Positions 1 to 12,000 of a stretch of DNA of 64,000 nt are shown here, in pieces (positions within the stretch are counted from its first letter, which is position 1; every line of letters starts with the position of its first letter). A program made the translations under genes and the position numbers. Below the pieces are notes generated by a model. That model was not told the origin of the DNA. It did no database searches and saw only the letters and a program-made list of their open reading frames with translations. Where the stretch lies: NCBI GenBank assembly GCA_051362555.1, contig JBPQGU010000016.1, forward strand, positions 3,658,001 through 3,722,000, written 5' to 3'. This stretch comes from Lingula anatina (taxonomy: Eukaryota > Animalia > Brachiopoda).

Positions 1-3000
1 GAAAATTTTTTTTCTTCATTATAGTGTCAGGTAGGTGTGTTCGGTCATTTGTAGTAAGAATAAAGTGCTGGAAGAGTGGTGGTGTCAACATTAAGGAAGA
101 AATAGAGCAAAAACTCTCTCTCCCCCCCCTCTCAGATTCTGTTCTCAGAGCTTATTTTTGGATCATCTTTAAAGCTAGAATTATGGGCCTTGATGAAGTG
201 ACCCGGGGGCGTTTACACATTTTTTATGAATTACAGGTGTGTTAGATTGATTTTCGTCACTTTTTGGAAAAATCGGAGACGGGTCGATTTTTGGTGATTT
301 TGAGTGATTTTGAACAGTGCCGGCACTGTGAGATTTCTTCAATTTTGGCCAGGTAGGGATGAAAATTTTTTTTCTTCATTATAGTGTCAGGTAGGTGTGT
401 TCGGTCATTTGTAGTAAGAATAAAGTGCTGGAAGAGTGGTGGTGTCAACATTAAGGAAGAAATAGAGCAAAAACTCTCTCTCCCCCCCCCTCTCAGATTC
501 TGTTCTCAGAGCTTATTTTTGGATCATCTTTAAAGCTAGAATTGGGGGCCTTGATGAAGTGACCCGGGCGCGTTTCCACATTTTTTATGAATGACAGGTG
601 TGGTAGATTGATTTTCGTCACTTTTTGGAAAAATCGGAGACGGGTCGATTTTTGGTGATTTTGAGTGATTTTGAACAGTGCCGGCACTGTGAGATTTCTT
701 CAATTTTGGCCAGGTAGGGATGAAAATATTTTTTCTTCATTATAGTGTCAGGTAGGTGTGTTCGGTCATTTGTAGTAAGAATAAAGTGCTGGAAGAGTGG
801 TGGTGTCAACATTAAGGAAGAAATAGAGCAAAAACTCTCTCTCCCCCCCCCCCTCTCAGATTCTGTTCTCAGAGCTTATTTTTGGATCATCTTTAAAGCT
901 AGAATTGGGGGCCTTGATGAAGTGACCCGGGCGCGTTTCCACATTTTTTATGAATGACAGGTGTGGTAGATTGATTTTCGTCACTTTTTGGAAAAATCGG
1001 AGACGGGTCAATTTTTGGTGATTTTGAGTGATTTTGAACAGTGCCGGCACTGTGAGATTTCTTCAATTTTGGCCAGGTAGGGATGAAAATTTTTTTTCTT
1101 CATTATAGTGTCAGGTAGGTGTGTTCGGTCATTTGTAGTAAGAATAAAGTGCTGGAAGAGTGGTGGTGTCAACATTAAGGAAGAAATAGAGCAAAAACTC
1201 TCTCTCCCCCCCCCTCTCAGATTCTGTTCTCAGAGCTTATTTTTGGATCATCTTTAAAGCTAGAATTGGGGGCCTTGATGAAGTGACCCGGGCGCGTTTA
1301 CACATTTTTTATGAATGACAGGTGTGGTAGATTGATTTTCGTCACTTTTTGGAAAAATCGGAGACGGGTCGATTTTTGGTGATTTTGAGTGATTTTGAAC
1401 AGTGCCGGCACTGTGAGATTTCTTCAATTTTGGCCAGGTAGGGATGAAAATTTTTTTTCTTCATTATAGTGTCAGGTAGGTGTGTTCGGTCATTTGTAGT
1501 AAGAATAAAGTGCTGGAAGAGTGGTGGTGTCAACATTAAGGAAGAAATAGAGCAAAATCTCTCTCTCCCCCCCCCTCTCAGATTCTGTTCTCACAGCTTA
1601 TTTTTGGATCATCTTTAAAGCTAGAATTGGGGGCCTTGATGAAGTGACCCGGGCGCGTTTCCACATTTTTTATGAATGACAGGTGTGGTAGATTGATTTT
1701 CGTCACTTTTTGGAAAAATCGGAGACGGGTCGATTTTTGGTGATTTTGAGTGATTTTGAACAGTGCCGGCACTGTGAGATTTCTTCAATTTTGGCCAGGT
1801 AGGGATGAAAATTTTTTTTCTTCATTATAGTGTCAGGTAGGTGTGTTCGGTCATTTGTAGTCAGAATAAAGTGCTGGAAAAGTGGTGGTGTCAACATTAA
1901 GGAAGAAATAGAGCAAAAACTCTCTCTCCCCCCCCCCCTCTCAGATTCTGTTCTCAGAGCTTATTTTTGGATCATCTTTAAAGCTGGAATTGGGGGCCTT
2001 GATGAAGTGACCCGGGCGCGTTTCCACATTTTTTATGAATGACAGGTGTGGTAGATTGATTTTCGTCACTTTTTGGAAAAATCAGAGACGGGTCGATTTT
2101 TGGTGATTTTGAGTGATTTTGAACAGTGCCGGCACTGTGAGATTTCTTCAATTTTGGCCAGGTAGGGATGAAAATTTTTTTTCTTCATTATAGTGTCAGG
2201 TAGGTGTGTTCGGTCATTTGTAGTAAGAATAAAGTGCTGGAAGAGTGGTGGTGTCAACATTAAGGAAGAGAAATAGAGCAAAAACTCTCTCTCCCCCCCC
2301 CCTCTCAGATTCTGTTCTCAGAGCTTATTTTTGGATCATCTTTAAAGCTGGAATTGGGGGCCTTGATGAAGTGACCCGGGCGCGTTTCCACATTTTTTAT
2401 GAATGACAGGTGTGGTAGATTGATTTTCGTCACTTTTTGGAAAAATCAGAGACGGGTCGATTTTTGGTGATTTTGAGTGATTTTGAACAGTGCCGGCACT
2501 GTGAGATTTCTTCAATTTTGGCCAGGTAGGGATGAAAATTTTTTTTCTTCATTATAGTGTCAGGTAGGTGTGTTCGGTCATTTGTAGTAAGAATAAAGTG
2601 CTGGAAGAGTGGTGGTGTCAACATTAAGGAAGAGAAATAGAGCAAAAACTCTCTCCCCCCCCCCCCCCCCCCTCAGATTCTGTTCTCAGAGCTTATTTTT
2701 GGATCATTTTTAAAGCTAGAATTGGGGGCCTTGATGAAGTGACCCGGGCGCGTTTCCACATTTTTTATGAATGACAGATGTGGTAGATTGATTTTCGTCA
2801 CTTTTTGGAAAAATCGGAGACGGGTCGATTTTTGGTGATTTTGAGTGATTTTGAACAGTGCCGGCACTGTGAGATTTCTTCAATTTTGGCCAGGTAGGGA
2901 TGAAAATTTTTTTTCTTCATTATAGTGTCAGGTAGGTGTGTTCAGTCATTTGTAGTAAGAATAAAGTGCTGGAAGAGTGGTGGTGTCAACATTAAGGAAG

Positions 3001-6000
3001 AAATAGAGCAAAAACTCTCTCTCCCCCCCCCCCCCCTCTCAGATTCTGTTCTCAGAGCTTATTTTTGGATCATCTTTAAAGCTAGAATTGGGGGCCTTGA
3101 TGAAGTGACCCGGGCGCGTTTCCACATTTTTTATGAATGACAGGTGTGGTAGATTGATTTTCGTCACTTTTTGGAAAAATCGGAGACGGGTCGATTTTTG
3201 GTGATTTTGAGTGATTTTGAACAGTGCCGGCACTGTGAGATTTCTTCAATTTTGGCCAGGTAGGGATGAAAATTTTTTTTCTTCATTATAGTGTCAGGTA
3301 GGTGTGTTCGGTCATTTGTAGTAAGAATAAAGTGCTGGAAGAGTGGTGGTGTCAACATTAAGGAAGAAATAGAGCAAAATCTCTCTCTCCCCCCCCCCTC
3401 TCAGATTCTGTTCTCACAGCTTATTTTTGGATCATCTTTAAAGCTAGAATTGGGGGCCTTGATGAAGTGACCCGGGCGCGTTTCCACATTTTTTATGAAT
3501 GACAGGTGTGGTAGATTGATTTTCGTCACTTTTTGGAAAAATCGGAGACGGGTCGATTTTTGGTGATTTTGAGTGATTTTGAACAGTGCCGGCACTGTGA
3601 GATTTCTTCAATTTTGGCCAGGTAGGGATGAAAATTTTTTTTCTTCATTATAGTGTCAGGTAGGTGTGTTCGGTCATTTGTAGTCAGAATAAAGTGCTGG
3701 AAAAGTGGTGGTGTCAACATTAAGGAAGAAATAGAGCAAAAACTCTCTCTCCCCCCCCCCCTCTCAGATTCTGTTCTCAGAGCTTATTTTTGGATCATCT
3801 TTAAAGCTGGAATTGGGGGCCTTGATGAAGTGACCCGGGCGCGTTTCCACATTTTTTATGAATGACAGGTGTGGTAGATTGATTTTCGTCACTTTTTGGA
3901 AAAATCAGAGACGGGTCGATTTTTGGTGATTTTGAGTGATTTTGAACAGTGCCGGCACTGTGAGATTTCTTCAATTTTGGCCAGGTAGGGATGAAAATTT
4001 TTTTTCTTCATTATAGTGTCAGGTAGGTGTGTTCGGTCATTTGTAGTAAGAATAAAGTGCTGGAAGAGTGGTGGTGTCAACATTAAGGAAGAGAAATAGA
4101 GCAAAAACTCTCTCTCCCCCCCCCCTCTCAGATTCTGTTCTCAGAGCTTATTTTTGGATCATCTTTAAAGCTGGAATTGGGGGCCTTGATGAAGTGACCC
4201 GGGCGCGTTTCCACATTTTTTATGAATGACAGGTGTGGTAGATTGATTTTCGTCACTTTTTGGAAAAATCAGAGACGGGTCGATTTTTGGTGATTTTGAG
4301 TGATTTTGAACAGTGCCGGCACTGTGAGATTTCTTCAATTTTGGCCAGGTAGGGATGAAAATTTTTTTTCTTCATTATAGTGTCAGGTAGGTGTGTTCGG
4401 TCATTTGTAGTAAGAATAAAGTGCTGGAAGAGTGGTGGTGTCAACATTAAGGAAGAGAAATAGAGCAAAAACTCTCTCCCCCCCCCCCCCCCCCTCAGAT
4501 TCTGTTCTCAGAGCTTATTTTTGGATCATTTTTAAAGCTAGAATTGGGGGTCTTGATGAAGTGACCCGGGCGCGTTTCCACATTTTTTATGAATGACAGG
4601 TGTGGTAGATTGATTTTCGTCACTTTTTGGAAAAATCAGAGACGGGTCGATTTTTGGTGATTTTGAGTGATTTTGAACAGTGCCGGCACTGTGAGATTTC
4701 TTCAATTTTGGCCAGGTAGGGATGAAAATTTTTTTTCTTCATTATAGTGTCAGGTAGGTGTGTTCGGTCATTTGTAGTAAGAATAAAGTGCTGGAAGAGT
4801 GGTGGTGTCAACATTAAGGAAGAGAAATAGAGCAAAAACTCTCTCCCCCCCCCCCCCCCCCCTCAGATTCTGTTCTCAGAGCTTATTTTTGGATCATTTT
4901 TAAAGCTAGAATTGGGGGCCTTGATGAAGTGACCCGGGCGCGTTTCCACATTTTTTATGAATGACAGATGTGGTAGATTGATTTTCGTCACTTTTTGGAA
5001 AAATCGGAGACGGGTTGATTTTTGGTGATTTTGAGTGATTTTGAACAGTGCCGGCACTGTGAGATTTCTTCAATTTTGGCCAGGTAGGGATGAAAATTTT
5101 TTTTCTTCATTATAGTGTCAGGTAGGTGTGTTCAGTCATTTGTAGTAAGAATAAAGTGCTGGAAGAGTGGTGGTGTCAACATTAAGGAAGAAATAGAGCA
5201 AAAACTCTCTCTCCCCCCCCCCCCCTCTCAGATTCTGTTCTCAGAGCTTATTTTTGGATCATCTTTAAAGCTAGAATTGGGGGCCTTGATGAAGTGACCC
5301 GGGCGCGTTTCCACATTTTTTATGAATGACAGGTGTGGTAGATTGATTTTCGTCACTTTTTGGAAAAATCGGAGACGGGTCGATTTTTGGTGATTTTGAG
5401 TGATTTTGAACAGTGCCGGCACTGTGAGATTTCTTCAATTTTGGCCAGGTAGGGATGAAAATTTTTTTTCTTCATTATAGTGTCAGGTAGGTGTGTTCGG
5501 TCATTTGTAGTAAGAATAAAGTGCTGGAAGAGTGGTGGTGTCAACATTAAGGAAGAAATAGAGCAAAAACTCTCTCTCCCCCCCCTCTCAGATTCTGTTC
5601 TCAGAGCTTATTTTTGGATCATCTTTAAAGCTAGAATTGGGGGCCTTGATGAAGTGACCCGGGCGCATTTCCACATTTTTTATGAATGACAGGTGTGGTA
5701 GATTGATTTTCGTCACTTTTTGGAAAAATCGGAGACGGGTTGATTTTTGGTGATTTTGAGTGATTTTGAACAGTGCCGGCACTGTGAGATTTCTTCAATT
5801 TTGGCCAGGTAGGGATGAAAATTTTTTTTCTTCATTATAGTGTCAGGTAGGTGTGTTCGGTCATTTGTAGTAAGAATAAAGTGCTGGAAGAGTGGTGGTG
5901 TCAACATTAAGGAAGAAATAGAGCAAAAACTCTCTCTCCCCCCCCCCTCTCAGATTCTGTTCTCAGAGCTTATTTTTGGATCATCTTTAAAGCTAGAATT

Positions 6001-9000
6001 GGGGGCCTTGATGAAGTGACCCGGGCGCGTTTCCACATTTTTTATGAATGACAGGTGTGGTAGATTGATTTTCGTCACTTTTTGGAAAAATCGGAGACGG
6101 GTCGATTTTTGGTGATTTTGAGTGATTTTGAACAGTGCCGGCACTGTGAGATTTCTTCAATTTTGGCCAGGTAGGGATGAAAATATTTTTTCTTCATTAT
6201 AGTGTCAGGTAGGTGTGTTCGGTCATTTGTAGTAAGAATAAAGTGCTGGAAGAGTGGTGGTGTCAACATTAAGGAAGAAATAGAGCAAAAACTCTCTCCC
6301 CCCCCCCCCCCCTCTCAGATTCTGTTCTCAGAGCTTATTTTTGGATCATCTTTAAAGCTAGAATTGGGGGCCTTGATGAAGTGACCCGGGCGCGTTTCCA
6401 CATTTTTTATGAATGACAGGTGTGGTAGATTGATTTTCGTCACTTTTTGGAAAAATCGGAGACGGGTCGATTTTTGGTGATTTTGAGTGATTTTGAACAG
6501 TGCCGGCACTGTGAGATTTCTTCAATTTTGGCCAGGTAGGGATGAAAATTTTTTTTCTTCATTATAGTGTCAGGTAGGTGTGTTCGGTCATTTGTAGTAA
6601 GAATAAAGTGCTGGAAGAGTGGTGGTGTCAACATTAAGGAAGAAATAGAGCAAAAACTCTCTCTCCCCCCCCCTCTCAGATTCTGTTCTCAGAGCTTATT
6701 TTTGGATCATCTTTAAAGCTAGAATTGGGGGCCTTGATGAAGTGACCCGGGCGCATTTCCACATTTTTTATGAATGACAGGTGTGGTAGATTGATTTTCG
6801 TCACTTTTTGGAAAAATCGGAGACGGGTTGATTTTTGGTGATTTTGAGTGATTTTGAACAGTGCCGGCACTGTGAGATTTCTTCAATTTTGGCCAGGTAG
6901 GGATGAAAATTTTTTTCTTCATTATAGTGTCAGGTAGGTGTGTTCGGTCATTTGTAGTAAGAATAAAGTGCTGGAAGAGTGGTGGTGTCAACATTAAGGA
7001 AGAAATAGAGCAAAAACTCTCTCTCCCCCCCTCTCAGATTCTGTTCTCAGAGCTTATTTTTGGATCATCTTTAAAGCTAGAATTGGGGGCCTTGATGAAG
7101 TGACCCGGGCGCGTTTCCACATTTTTTATGAATGACAGGTGTGGTAGATTGATTTTCGTCACTTTTTGGAAAAATCGGAGACGGGTCGATTTTTGGTGAT
7201 TTTGAGTGATTTTGAACAGTGCCGGCACTGTGAGATTTCTTCAATTTTGGCCAGGTAGGGATGAAAATATTTTTTCTTCATTATAGTGTCATGTAGGTGT
7301 GTTCGGTCATTTGTAGTAAGAATAAAGTGCTGGAAGAGTGGTGGTGTCAACATTAAGGAAGAAATAGAGCAAAAACTCTCTCTCCCCCCCCCCCTCTCAG
7401 ATTCTGTTCTCAGAGCTTATTTTTGGATCATCTTTAAAGCTAGAATTGGGGGCCTTGATGAAGTGACTCGGGCGCGTTTCCACATTTTTTATGAATGACA
7501 GGTGTGGTAGATTGATTTTCATCACTTTTTGGAAAAATCGGAGATGGGTCGATTTTTGGTGATTTTGAGTGATTTTGAACAGTGCCGGCACTGTGAGATT
7601 TCTTCAATTTTGGCCAGGTAGGGATGAAAATTTTTTTTCTTCATTATAGTGTCAGGTAGGTGTGTTCGGTCATTTGTAGTCAGAATAAAGTGCTGGAAGA
7701 GTGGTGGTGTCAACATTAAGGAAGAAATAGAGCAAAAACTCTCTCTCCCCCCCCCCCCCCTCTCAGATTCTGTTCTCAGAGCTTATTTTTGGATCATCTT
7801 TAAAGCTGGAATTGGGGGCCTTGATGAAGTGACCCGGGCGCGTTTCCACATTTTTTATGAATGACAGGTGTGGTAGATTGATTTTCGTCACTTTTTGGAA
7901 AAATCGGAGACGGGTCGATTTTTGGTGATTTTGAGTGATTTTGAACAGTGCCGGCACTGTGAGATTTCTTCAATTTTGGCCAGGTAGGGATGAAAATATT
8001 TTTTCTTCATTATTGTGTCAGGTAGGTGTGTTCGGTCATTTGTAGTAAGAATAAAGTGCTGGAAGAGTGGTGGTGTCAACATTAAGGAAGAAATAGAGCA
8101 AAAACTCTCTCTCCCCCCCCTCTCAGATTCTGTTCTCAGAGCTTATTTTTGGATCATCTTTAAAGCTAGAATTGGGGGCCTTGATGAAGTGACCCGGGCG
8201 CGTTTCCACATTTTTTATGAATGACAGGTGTGGTAGATTGATTTTCGTCACTTTTTGGAAAAATCGGAGACGGGTCGATTTTTGGTGATTTTGAGTGATT
8301 TTGAACAGTGCCGGCACTGTGAGATTTCTTCAATTTTGGCCAGGTAGGGATGAAAATTTTTTTTCTTCATTATAGTGTCAGGTAGGTGTGTTCGGTCATT
8401 TGTAGTAAGAATAAAGTGCTGGAAGAGTGGTGGTGTCAACATTAAGGAAGAAATAGAGCAAAAACTCTCTCTCCCCCCCCCCTCTCAGATTCTGTTCTCA
8501 GAGCTTATTTTTGGATCACCTTTAAAGCTAGAATTGGGGGCCTTGATGAAGTGACCCGGGCGCGTTTCCACATTTTTTATGAATGACAGGTGTGGTAGAT
8601 TGATTTTCGTCACTTTTTGGAAAAATCGGAGACGGGTCGATTTTTGGTGATTTTGAGTGATTTTGAACAGTGCCGGCACTGTGAGATTTTTTCAATTTTG
8701 GCCAGGTAGGGATGAAAATTTTTTTTCTTCATTATAGTGTCATGTAGGTGTGTTCGGTCATTTGTAGTAAGAATAAAGTGCTGGAAGAGTGGTGGTGTCA
8801 ACACAAAGGAAGAAATAGAGCAAAAACTCTCTCTCCCCCCCCCCCCTCTCAGATTCTGTTCTCAGAGCTTATTTTTGGATCATCTTTAAAGCTAGAATTG
8901 GGGGCCTTGATGAAGTGACCCGGGCGCGTTTCCACATTTTTTATGAATGACAGGTGTGGTAGATTGATTTTCGTCACTTTTTGGAAAAATCGGAGACGGG

Positions 9001-12000
9001 TCGATTTTTGGTGATTTTGAGTGATTTTGAACAGTGCCGGCACTGTGAGATTTCTTCAATTTTGGCTAGGTAGGGATGAAAATTTTTTTTCTTCATTATA
9101 GTGTCAGGTAGGTGTGTTTGGTCATTTGTAGTAAGAATAAAGTGCTGGAAGAGTGGTGGTGTCAACATTAAGGAAGAAATAGAGCAAAAACTCTCTCTCC
9201 CCCCCCCCCTCTCAGATTCTGTTCTCAGAGCTTATTTTTGGATCATCTTTAAAGCTAGAATTGGGGGCCTTGATGAAGTGACCCGGGCGCGTTTCCACAT
9301 TTTTTATGAATGACAGGTGTGGTAGATTGATTTTCGTCACTTTTTGGAAAAATCGGAGACGGGTCGATTTTTGGTGATTTTGAGTGATTTTGAACAGTGC
9401 CGGCACTGTGAGATTTCTTCAATTTTGGCCAGGTAGGGATGAAAATTTTTTTTCTTCATTATAGTGTCAGGTAGGTGTGTTCGGTCATTTGTAGTCAGAA
9501 TAAAGTGCTGGAAGAGTGGTGGTGTCAACATTAAGGAAGAAATAGAGCAAAAACTCTCTCTCTCCCCCCCCCCCCCTCTCAGATTCTGTTCTCAGAGCTT
9601 ATTTTTGGATCATCTTTAAAGCTGGAATTGGGGGCCTTGATGAAGTGACCCGGGCGCCTTTCCACATTTTTTATGAATGACAGGTGTGGTAGATTGATTT
9701 TCGTCACTTTTTGGAAAAATCGGAGACGGGTCGATTTTTGATGATTTTGAGTGATTTTGAACAGTGCCGGCACTGTGAGATTTCTTCAATTTTGGCCAGG
9801 TAGGGATGAAAATATTTTTTCTTCATTATAGTGTCAGGTAGGTGTGTTCGGTCATTTGTAGTAAGAATAAAGTGCTGGAAGAGTGGTGGTGTCAACACAA
9901 AGGAAGAAATAGAGCAAAAACTCTCTCTCCCCCCCCCCCTCTCAGATTCTGTTCTCAGAGCTTATTTTTGGATCATCTTTAAAGCTAGAATTGGGGGCCT
10001 TGATGAAGTGACCCGGGCGCGTTTCCACATTTTTTATGAATGACAGGTGTGGTAGATTGATTTTCGTCACTTTTTGGAAAAATCGGAGACGGGTCGATTT
10101 TTGGTGATTTTGAGTGATTTTGAACAGTGCCGGCACTGTGAGATTTCTTCAATTTTGGCTAGCTAGGGATGAAAATTTTTTTTCTTCATTATAGTGTCAG
10201 GTAGGTGTGTTTGGTCATTTGTAGTAAGAATAAAGTGCTGGAAGAGTGGTGGTGTCAACATTAAGGAAGAAATAGAGCAAAAACTCTCTCTCCCCCCCCC
10301 CTCTCAGATTCTGTTCTCAGAGCTTATTTTTGGATCATCTTTAAAGCTAGAATTGGGGGCCTTGATGAAGTGACCCGGGCGCGTTTCCACATTTTTTATG
10401 AATGACAGGTGTGGTAGATTGATTTTCGTCACTTTTTGGAAAAATCGGAGACGGGTCGATTTTTGGTGATTTTGAGTGATTTTGAACAGTGCCGGCACTG
10501 TGAGATTTCTTCAATTTTGGCCAGGTAGGGATGAAAATTTTTTTTCTTCATTATAGTGTCAGGTAGGTGTGTTCGGTCATTTGTAGTCAGAATAAAGTGC
10601 TGGAAGAGTGGTGGTGTCAACATTAAGGAAGAAATAGAGCAAAAACTCTCTCTCTCCCCCCCCCCCCCTCTCAGATTCTGTTCTCAGAGCTTATTTTTGG
10701 ATCATCTTTAAAGCTGGAATTGGGGGCCTTGATGAAGTGACCCGGGCGCGTTTCCACATTTTTTATGAATGACAGGTGTGGTAGATTGATTTTCGTCACT
10801 TTTTGGAAAAATCGGAGACGGGTCGATTTTTGATGATTTTGAGTGATTTTGAACAGTGCCGGCACTGTGAGATTTCTTCAATTTTGGCCAGGTAGGGATG
10901 AAAATATTTTTTCTTCATTATAGTGTCAGGTAGGTGTGTTCGGTCATTTGTAGTAAGAATAAAGTGCTGGAAGAGTTGTGGTGTCAACATTAAGGAAGAA
11001 ATAGAGCAAAAACTCTCTCCCCCCCCCCCTCTCAGATTCTGTTCTCAGAGCTTATTTTTGGATCATCTTTAAAGCTAGAATTGGGGGCCTTGATGAAGTG
11101 ACCCGGGCGCATTTCCACATTTTTTATGAATGACAGGTGTGGTAGATTGATTTTCGTCACTTTTTGGAAAAATCGGAGACGGGTTGATTTTTGGTGATTT
11201 TGAGTGATTTTGAACAGTGCCGGCACTGTGAGATTTCTTCAATTTTGGCCAGGTAGGGATGAAAATTTTTTTTCTTCATTATAGTGTCAGGTAGGTGTGT
11301 TCGGTCATTTGTAGTAAGAATAAAGTGCTGGAAGAGTGGTGGTGTCAACATTAAGGAAGAAATAGAGCAAAAACTCTCTCTCCCCCCCTCTCAGATTCTG
11401 TTCTCAGAGCTTATTTTTGGATCATCTTTAAAGCTAGAATTGGGGGCCTTGATGAAGTGACCCGGGCGCGTTTCCACATTTTTTATGAATGACAGGTGTG
11501 GTAGATTGATTTTCGTCACTTTTTGGAAAAATCGGAGACGGGTCGATTTTTGGTGATTTTGAGTGATTTTGAACAGTGCCGGCACTGTGAGATTTCTTCA
11601 ATTTTGGCCAGGTAGGGATGAAAATTTTTTTTCTTCATTATAGTGTCAGGTAGGTGTGTTCGGTCATTTGTAGTAAGAATAAAGTGCTGGAAGAGTGGTG
11701 GTGTCAACATTAAGGAAGAAATAGAGCAAAAACTCTCTCTCCCCCCCCCCTCTCAGATTCTGTTCTCAGAGCTTATTTTTGGATCATCTTTAAAGCTAGA
11801 ATTGGGGGCCTTGATGAAGTGACCCGGGCGCATTTCCACATTTTTTATGAATGACAGGTGTGGTAGATTGATTTTCATCACTTTTTGGAAAAATCGGAGA
11901 CGGGTTGATTTTTGGTGATTTTGAGTGATTTTGAACAGTGCCGGCACTGTGAGATTTCTTCAATTTTGGCCAGGTAGGGATGATAATTTTTTTTCTTCAT

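Noticed and set aside
471-720. Tandem exon array (polypyrimidine ctctcag acceptor with cag|gtaggg or cag|gtgtgg donors in every monomer)
   Set aside because: All three frames of the putative exon contain stop codons before either donor.
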